Made by a program: the position numbers and the translations under genes | Origin: Sphaerodactylus townsendi | Taxonomy: Eukaryota | NCBI RefSeq assembly: GCF_021028975.2 | Contig: NC_059426.1 | Span: 154,380,001 to 154,444,000, forward strand | DNA: 64,000 nucleotides | Reading direction: 5' to 3' | Shown here: piece after piece, positions 51,801 through 60,800 of the stretch | How the letters are laid out: each line of letters opens with the position of its first letter | Numbering within the stretch: the stretch's first letter is position 1 | Notes under the pieces: model-generated | Seen by the model: only the letters and a program-made list of their open reading frames with translations | Database searches by the model: none | What the model was told of the DNA's origin: nothing

Positions 51801-54800
51801 GCTGTGTATACCGGTATTGTAAAACCTTCCGCTGGAGGAAAGGAAAAAGGCTCAATACTACAATAATTCGGAAAGGGTAACCATTTTTGTTTTGAACTTC
51901 AATTGCAATTGCAAATGAACAAACAGAGCTGCAACCTTAACTCCACCTAGACCCATATTTAGGATCTTGTGGTGTTACGTCCATAGCTGAAGATGATTTG
52001 GGAATGGAAACCAAATTACACAAATTATTTCATACTGTGCCATGGAGAGAAAAACATCTTGCCATGACATGCCTCTGAAGATGCCAACCATAGATACAGA
52101 AACCATAGAACCATAGAAATGTCACTAGCTTAAATTAGCTGACAATGGCCACACAGCCCCGAAAACCCACAATGGCCAGTTGATTCCAGCCATGAAAACC
52201 TTTGACAATATGAGATAAGCATTTCTTTTATTGATGTGAGCCCCATCAAAAATAACCTGGTCAGTACAGACAGCCTTCCTCAAGAAAGATCCTAGCAGAG
52301 AATGAGAATCTAGAACTCTTTGTTGGTAAAGATGATATAACAGGAAGAGTATTACCAAAGGGAAATCCTATGACCCTCTTCACACTTGTTTTTCGAGTTA
52401 GGTTCCCAAGGAGCTTGAAGTATTTCTATACCACAAACATTAAAAGGCTTCATACAACTCCAAGGAAGGAAAGGAGATCAAGGCAAGTGTTTAACTAAGT
52501 GGAAATTTTATTGTCCTGCCCAAGATACAGACACAGAGATACAGAATAACAAATAAAAAGGGAACAACAGTTATTGAGTACAGGCCAGTTTTAAAAGTGA
52601 TACAACATAGGCAGCAATTTTAGGGACTTAATTGATAAATTACAGTAGCAGTTGACTTGTGGTAACCCAATAAAAACTTTTGTTTAGCAGAATCCTGCTG
52701 TTCACTTCCAATTATTTGTCTTCCTTACATGTGACTGGTCTGGGGGGAAAAACCCTAAAGGGTGAAAGAAAACATGTGGGCATGTCTTTGAAGTGAGTAA
52801 AAATGCAGACAGTAGATGAGTGAGGAAGGTGTGAAAAGAAAGAAGAAATCCTAGCCAAAGAGAGAGGAAAGGAGAGACTTGGGGGATCTGGAGTTATGGT
52901 GGGAGGTCAGAGCTAAAAGTAGGGGTGGGGTGGGGAGAGTAAGACATGAAGGTCAGGTTCCAAGAGGGAAGGAGGGAAAATGAATGAAATACAGCCAAAT
53001 ATGATTTAATTTGGCTGTATTGAAGAAGGGATCCTGTGGTTTTCAGATTCATTGTTGAAGATGGTCAGGGGACGGAAACCATTTCCATTGTTAGTAGAAG
53101 AAGGTTCCACAAGCAAAAACAATTCAAAATGGTGTAGCTCAGGGATTTTCTTTTCTACCTGTTTCTTTGCTTTGTGCCAGATGATTGCATCAAAGAGGTA
53201 TCTGGACCTTCCTGTACGTCCTGTCATTAGAGTCCTTGGTGAGATGACCAAAGGTTACCTGGAGATGGAAGGGATTGGTGTCTTTGTGGTGTAATCAAGC
53301 TGTCTGATGTCCAGCCAATTAAAGTTGGAGTAGTTGACTGAGTGTTTGATTAGGTTTGCAGAGAAGGCTACGTTGTGTGGAATATTTGAGAGCGGCATGG
53401 AATACCAGGTTGTTGTCCTGCAAACAATGGTTGCTTACCATGGCCTGGTGTGAGGGGTGTCAGAATTCTCCTGGGAATGAGGCAACTGCCTTGTACAGTC
53501 ATCTTAGATTGTGTGTAGCATTGTGTGTAGCATTAACAAAGGAGTTCCTTTGTACTTTTGATGCTAAGTACGCTTGGGTACATGCCTTTTGCTAGGGTGG
53601 AGCTGTCAGGTTAATAAGTATTTCTCAAATGTTAGTTCTTCACTCTCACTCCATCTGCAAGATCATATTCAATCTATTGTAAGTAATCGATTAAACTGGG
53701 TTCTTGTATTCACTTCCACACATCAGTGTCTGTTCTTACTATCTTTGAAACAGAAAGCTACACTAGAACCCAAGTAAATATACTTCAAGGACTTTATTCT
53801 TCAACAGACAACAATATTTGTTTTTCTGATACAGCGTAGGAAGAGTTTGCCTGCCTGTTTGGTCTTTTCTAATAATAGCCAGGCTTATTTTATTCCTGCT
53901 CCTGCAGATATGCACCTTTCCCGCCAGCACATTAGAAGTGTAGCTCCAAGGGGGCTGGGGGGAGGTATGCGTGACGGACCGGGCATGTGCCCCTGTGGGG
54001 GTGTGGTGAGGGTGTTTTGGGGTGGGATGGGGGCATTCCAGGGCGGGGTGGGATGGGGGCATGGTGGGGCAGAGGACGCACCAGTGCACCGGGTGCTTTC
54101 CCCCCTTGCTCCATCCCTGCAGCACATTAATGGTACCTGGGGGAAGTTTAGGTAGAACACAGAACTCAGTATATGGTAGGACAGCCCACTATCTCATGAG
54201 GAAATCATGCAAAAACATTGGGGTGGGGGTTGGGGTTGGATCCAAACTAACGGTTCTCTTCCTCTCACAAAAGCAGTCTACTCACAGAATGCTTTTCAGT
54301 CACAAAAGTGGAAAACTTGGAGAGCAGCAGACTTATACCATGACAGAGAACTTCTTGTGAAAGCAGTAGGATACTTTTGAATATAATCATATGTCTTGGC
54401 TTTGTCTCATAAAGGTGAAGTGAGAAAGGGAGATACAAGTCTTGGGGAAAAAATAAACATTGTAAGTCTCTACTGACCATATTAACCAACTATTAAACGT
54501 TTGGCTCCGTGTTTCATTTTTTCCCTCTTCAAATAAAAGCCCTCTAGTATGTTGTAAAATGCTTGTGATTCTACAGAGTAATAGATTTTGGCGCATTAGA
54601 CATACCAGATGCTTCACTGCAGTTATCCTCTGAAAATATATATTCTGGGGCTTAACGAAGCAGGGAGTACTAGGAAAGTTTCAGAAATGGCACACAACAG
54701 AAATGTTGATGCTGTCTCTTGAGCTGGTATATCTGGCTCAGAAACTGGAGTTTAACTCAGAATAATATTGGTTTTCAATTCTCTCAGCCATCCAAACCTT

Positions 54801-57800
54801 TGCAGTTGCTGCTGGGTATTATATGAATCATCCCTAGAGTTCAGGCAAACCTTGCAGGTTCCAATTTGCAAGTAATTCAAAGCAACTGCATTTTTCCCCA
54901 GATGTTTTCTGGATGTCTTTTTGGTATGTTAATCTAAAGTCACATTTTTTCCTGCTAGTTTCTGTTGCATTCTGATTGTATCACTGGCACTAGGGCATCT
55001 ACACTAGCCTCCCTATGCAGTTTATGCCCTCCCTTCCATCCCTGTCACCCTGGAAGACTTCATCAGGATTCCTGGCATCCTTAAAGCTGTAACTGATGAT
55101 CCATACAGACAACAGTGCAGTGCAAGCAAGTTGCTCTAGACCTTAGTGCACTTCTGTAATTGAATTGGAATATACAAGGGCTAGGAGCCTTGGTGTAGAT
55201 CCAGTACAGCCTGGAGAATAGGGGATAAGGGAGGATACCCCTTCGAGATCCAGAATGGGGTAAATCCTCCTGAATTCTGTGGTAGCTTTGGTCCAGGCTT
55301 CTAAAGCCATCACAAAATTCCAGAAGTTTTCAGAATGCAAAACCATCCTTATACATCTTACTTAGAGGGAAAAAAGACAAGTTCCCTTGTCTTTCGGCTA
55401 GCACTTGCTATAACTGTGTTAACTGGATTGTTCTCATCCCATTCTTTTACTCTTTTTCCCGTTTGCTCTGTCCCTCATTCAGCTTCCTTCTGATTTAACA
55501 GGGAGAATTTCTAAAATTAATTACCAACTGCACATGCGGCATTACTTTCAATTTTTCCCTGTAGTTTATCCAATTAATTTTACGGATGTGCCTCCCAACT
55601 TTTGTGTGTTAATGAAAAGCAGTATGGACAAGAATACTGATGTAGTCATGATCTGTATTGATTCATAGGGTCACCATAAGTCGGAAGCAACTTGACAGCG
55701 CTTAGCAAACGCACATTCAGATATTGACTAATCATAATTGAATGAAAAATAGCATGCTCATTAATAATAAAAATAGACAATGTTTTCACCTAGCTTGTGG
55801 CCAAGTGATTCAAACGTCACCTGCTGAGTCATTCAGACGGCGTGACAGTTAACTGAGCTGTCCAGTTAACCAAGCCGGTTAGTAAAGCTTTCATTGTATG
55901 CAACTAACCAGAGTATTTTCCAGTCAGTAGACTATAGCACCTGCTTTGCTACATATTTAAATATAGTTTAGAAAAAATTAAATTAGTTTTGGAAATTAAA
56001 ATGATCTGGAGATGGGGTGGGTGGATGTGGACTCACTCACATCATGTGATTTCCTCAAGATTTATTTTTTGCATCCTATTTTACCAGCGTACACAAGCAA
56101 TTATGTATATCAGTAATCAGGATAGGAGGAAGGACTCAGTGAATCAAGGGAACTGGAAAGCTAGAACCAGGGGGCATTCATTGAAAATGCTGGGGGGAAG
56201 AATTCGGACTAATAAAAGGAAACACTTCTTCACACAACGTGTGATTGGTGTTTGGAATATGCTGCCACAGGAGGTGGTGATGGCCACTAACCTGGATAGC
56301 TTTAAAAGGGGCTTGGACAGATTTATGGAGGAGAAGATGATCTATGGCTACCAATCTTGATCCTCCTTGATCTTAGATTGCAAATGCCTTAGCAGACCAG
56401 GTGCTCAGGAGCAGGAGCAGCAGAAGCCCATTGCTTTCACATCCTTCACGTGAGCTCCCAAAGGCACCTGGTGGGCCACTGCAAGTAGCAGAATGCTGGA
56501 CTAGATGGACTCTGGTCTGATCCAGCAGGCTAGTTCTTATGTTCTTATGGGCTAGGATCTTTTCTGTAGGGGCACCCATATTTTGGGACGGCCTTCCAGC
56601 TGATGGGAAGCATAATTCCTGCTTGTTGGCTTTTTAGTGCTGCTGTAAAACTGAACAATTAAAAAGGGTTTTTAATGTAACATTACCTTGCCACTTAAGC
56701 TGGCTTTATTTGTGGATTGTAGTCTGTTATAATTCCAGTTTGTAAGTTCTAGACTTTTTGTCTATTTTTGTCTTGTTTTATTGTGACCCACCTAGAATCC
56801 TTCGGGAGAGAGGGTGGATGGGAATGAATAAAGTAAGTAAATCTTTCAAGAGTAGTACTAAAATGACCTGAAATCTTTTTCTATTCAGATGGAACGAGAA
56901 GTTGTATTCTGTAGGAGAGAGACAGTGTGAGAGAGATAATTCAGACCACCGGATGGAGCAGTGGATTTGGATGTGGGCACTGGTGTGTGCTTAGAGAACT
57001 CAAGCATGTGTTTCCGTGGTGGCTCTGGGGAAGCTACTAAGGATCCTGTCATCATTTTCAAAATGAGAATAGTAACACAGGGATGAGGTGGAGGCAAACT
57101 TAATAAGAATTTTACAATTCTTAAGTGAAATACAAGATAGCAGTAACTTCCTTATTGTTGGAGTTGTTTTCTTGGAGATGTGTGACACTCTTGTTTTACA
57201 ATATCCTTGTGAAGCCACCATCTTGCCATTCTGGTTTACCTTCATTTACCATATTTTCCAGCTGTCTTCCTTGTGAATGAATTCCTCCATTGTGTTTAAG
57301 TGACTTAGGGGCAGCCAGATCTTTTTCTTGCCTCCAGGTCAAATGGTTTGCTCTTGAATTCTCTTTCTACAGTGCACATTCATTATGTCTTTCTCTCTGT
57401 ACGTAGATATTTGTATATCTTCTACTTTTGTGGCGAGCATCTTTTTGTGTGTGCTGTGGTATGCCTCACATTGCTTCCTTCTGAAACTCTTTTCACATTC
57501 CATTTCTTGCTAAATAATTCCTTTTCTTCCCATTCAAAATGTGATTTAAAAAATCCCTTTTCACCTTGGCTAGCCGTTGGCTGAAGCCTAAAGATCTGAG
57601 AGACAATAGAATCAAAGTAATCTCAAATCTCTTATGTTAAAGATATGTTTCAAGGAGTTCTGATCAGAAAATGGTCTCAGCTTATTGACTTCTTCCTTTT
57701 CTGTCTGTTTTGAACTAGCTGTTTGTTTTTAGCTGTTGTGCACGTGTGTGGTGTATCTGTTGTGGCCGTGAACCTGTGGTTCTGGTGGCAGGCTTTCAGA

Positions 57801-60800
57801 GGGTACTAGTGGGGACTGAAGTTCTCTGTTTATCCACAGAACAGATACAGCATGGAAAGAGGCCGTGTAATGTCTCAGTTTGCCTAAACCCTGACTTGGA
57901 GGGAGCACCACTAAGAATAAGAGGTTAGTTCAGAGTTTATACAACCTTGGTTTCCCATCCAAAGCTTTATAACCAAGGTGATCAGTTAGAACAGACTTTG
58001 ATTATAGTCCTGGCATTCTTTAAGCTTGAATGAATCCACTGGTTCATAAGGTTTATTGCTATACTCTTTTCCACTGAAGAGTGACAGTAGAATTGTATAG
58101 TAACCCTCCATTTCCTGGACCTTCTCTGTTTTAGAATGCTGTTTGGGTCCTAGTGCCTACCTACTTGTATTCCCAAGGCACTAGAACCCAAGTGGAGCAT
58201 TCTAGAACAAAGAAGGTCCCAGAGATGGCAAATTAATATACAATTCGACTGCCATCTTTCTGTGGAAAAGAATATAGCATATCTCCAAACTAGGTTTAAA
58301 TTGGAAGGTAAAGATACCTGTGATGGGTGGAAAGTACCATCAAGTCACAAGCAGCTTATGGGGACCTTGTAGGGTTTTAAAGGCAAAAGATGAACAGAGA
58401 TGGTTTGCCATTGCCGGTCTCTGCAAAGCAACGCTGGGCTTCCTTAGTGGTCTCCCACCTAAGTACTGACCACAGTTGATGCTGCTTAGCTTCTGAGATC
58501 TGATAAGATTGTGCTGAGCTGGGCCACACAGATCAGGACAAGAATCATTGTTCATCACCATAAATCCCAATTATCTTATTTTTCAGCTATCAGATTTTCT
58601 ACTTTCCGATCTCCAGGAAGAGTTTAGTAATGCTCCATGACATTTTTTGTTCTCAGGCTAATATGTATTTTAACCTCTGTAATAGATTTATAACTACTTT
58701 TGTATTTTACTGTCACAAAACAATAAAGAAAAGATAGCTCTTTACTACTGCGTAGTACCAGAAGTAACTTTTTCTGGTTATATATGAGCCATCGACTTCA
58801 TGTACCTGCCCACTTCTCTCTGTTGAGAACTCATAAAGAAATAGCTTAAGTAGGTATGAAAATAAAGACAAAGACTTACATTCTAGCTGGTTTTCATCAC
58901 TGAAGAGTTTTGAGAATCACAGACGCTTCAAACAATATTCTAAGGATTGTTGAAAATATGTTTCTTGGTCTTCATGGGAAAGAAATACTCATACCCAGTT
59001 TTAATACATTGCTGCTTGTACCAGCACAACATCATATTTTGATTCCATATTGTATGATGTGGCAGTAGATGGCTGTTATGGAAAGAGTTATTGATAATTT
59101 CTGTGATGATAGCTAGTAAAACCAAAGTGATGGAATCATTCTCAATTTGCCAAGTTTCTTGAGATAAGTTTGTTCTTTGTTGACTATTCAAATTCTCTTT
59201 AAAAAATCTAGAACTTCACTGCCACTCAGAGCTTTCCAAAAAGCCTTGCCTTTATGATGTAAGAACATAAGAACATAAGAACATAAGAACAAGCCAGCTG
59301 GATCAGACCAAAGTCCATCTAGTCCAGCTCTCTGCTACTCGCAGTGGCCCACCAGGTGCCTTTGGGAGCTCACATGTAGGATGTGAACGCAATGGCCTTC
59401 TGCGGCTGTTGCTCCTGATCACCTGGTCTGTTAAGGCATTTGCAATCTCAGATCAAGGAGAATCAAGATTGGTAGCCATAAATCGACTTCTCCTCCATAA
59501 ATCTGTCCAAGCCCCTTTTAAAGCTATCCAGGTTAGTGGCCATCACCACCTCCTGTGGCAGCGTATTCCAAACACCAATCACACGTTGCGTGAAGAAGTG
59601 TTTCCTTTTATTAGTCCTAATTCTTCCCCCCAGCATTTTCAATGAATGCCCCCTGGTTCTAGTATTGTGAGAAAGAGAGAAAAATTTCTCTCTGTCAACA
59701 TTTTCTACCCCATGCATAATTTTGTAGACTTCAATCATATCCCCAGTCAGCCGCCTCCTCTCCAAACTAAACAGCCCCAAACGCCACAGCCTCTCCTCAT
59801 AGGGAAGGTTCTCCAGTCCCTCAACCATCCTTGCTGCCCTTCTTCAAAAATTTTTCTATCTCCTCAATATCCTTTTTGAGATGCGGGCGCACTCAGAACT
59901 GGACACAGTACTCCAAGCGCGGTCGCACCAATTGCTTTTATATAAGGGTATGGCAATCTTTGCAGTTTTATTCTCAATTCCTTTCCCACTATCCTCATAT
60001 AGAGTTTTTTTTTTTTGGCAGCCATGCATTGAGTTGACATTCCCATGGAACTATCAACTAAGACGCTTAAATCCCTTTCCTGGTCTGTGACTGATAGCAC
60101 TGACCCCTGCAAAGTGTATATGGTGTTTGGATTTTTTTGCCCCTATGTGCATCACTCTTGTACATTTTGCTGCTACTGAACTGCATTTGCCATTTCTGAG
60201 CCCACTCACCTAATTTATCAAGGTCCGCCAGAGCCTTTCAGAATCCTTTTGTGGTTCTCACCACCCTACATAATTTGGTATCATCTTGCAAACTTGGCTA
60301 CCACGCTACTTCCACCCCTACTTCCAGGTCATTTATGAATAGGTTAGCGAGCACTGGTCCCAAAACGGATCCTTGGGGGACACCCACCTCGGACATCTCT
60401 CCATTGTGAGAACTTCCCATTTACAATCTTGCTAATTTTGTTTCCTGTTTCTCAACCAGTTTTTTAATCCATAGGAGGACTTCCCCTCTTATTCCTTCAT
60501 TGCTGTGAGTTTTCTCAACAGTCTCTGGTGAGGAACTCTTGTCAAAAGCCTTTTGGAACTACAAGCAGACAATGTCCACCGGTTCACCCCTGTCCACATG
60601 CCTGTTTACACCCTCAAAGAACTCTAGTAAGTTTGTAAGACAGGATTTGCCTCTGCAAAAGCCATGCTGACTCTTTCTCAGCTGGTCTTGCTTTTCTACA
60701 TGTTTTATAATTTTATCTTTAATGATAGATTCTACTAATTTACCAGGAACAGATGTCAAACTGACTGGCCTGTAATTTCCTGGGTCCCCCCTAGATCCTT

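Noticed and set aside
56889-57090. Exon-like purine-rich segment after a ctattcag acceptor
   Set aside because: Stops in all frames and no phase-compatible donor.
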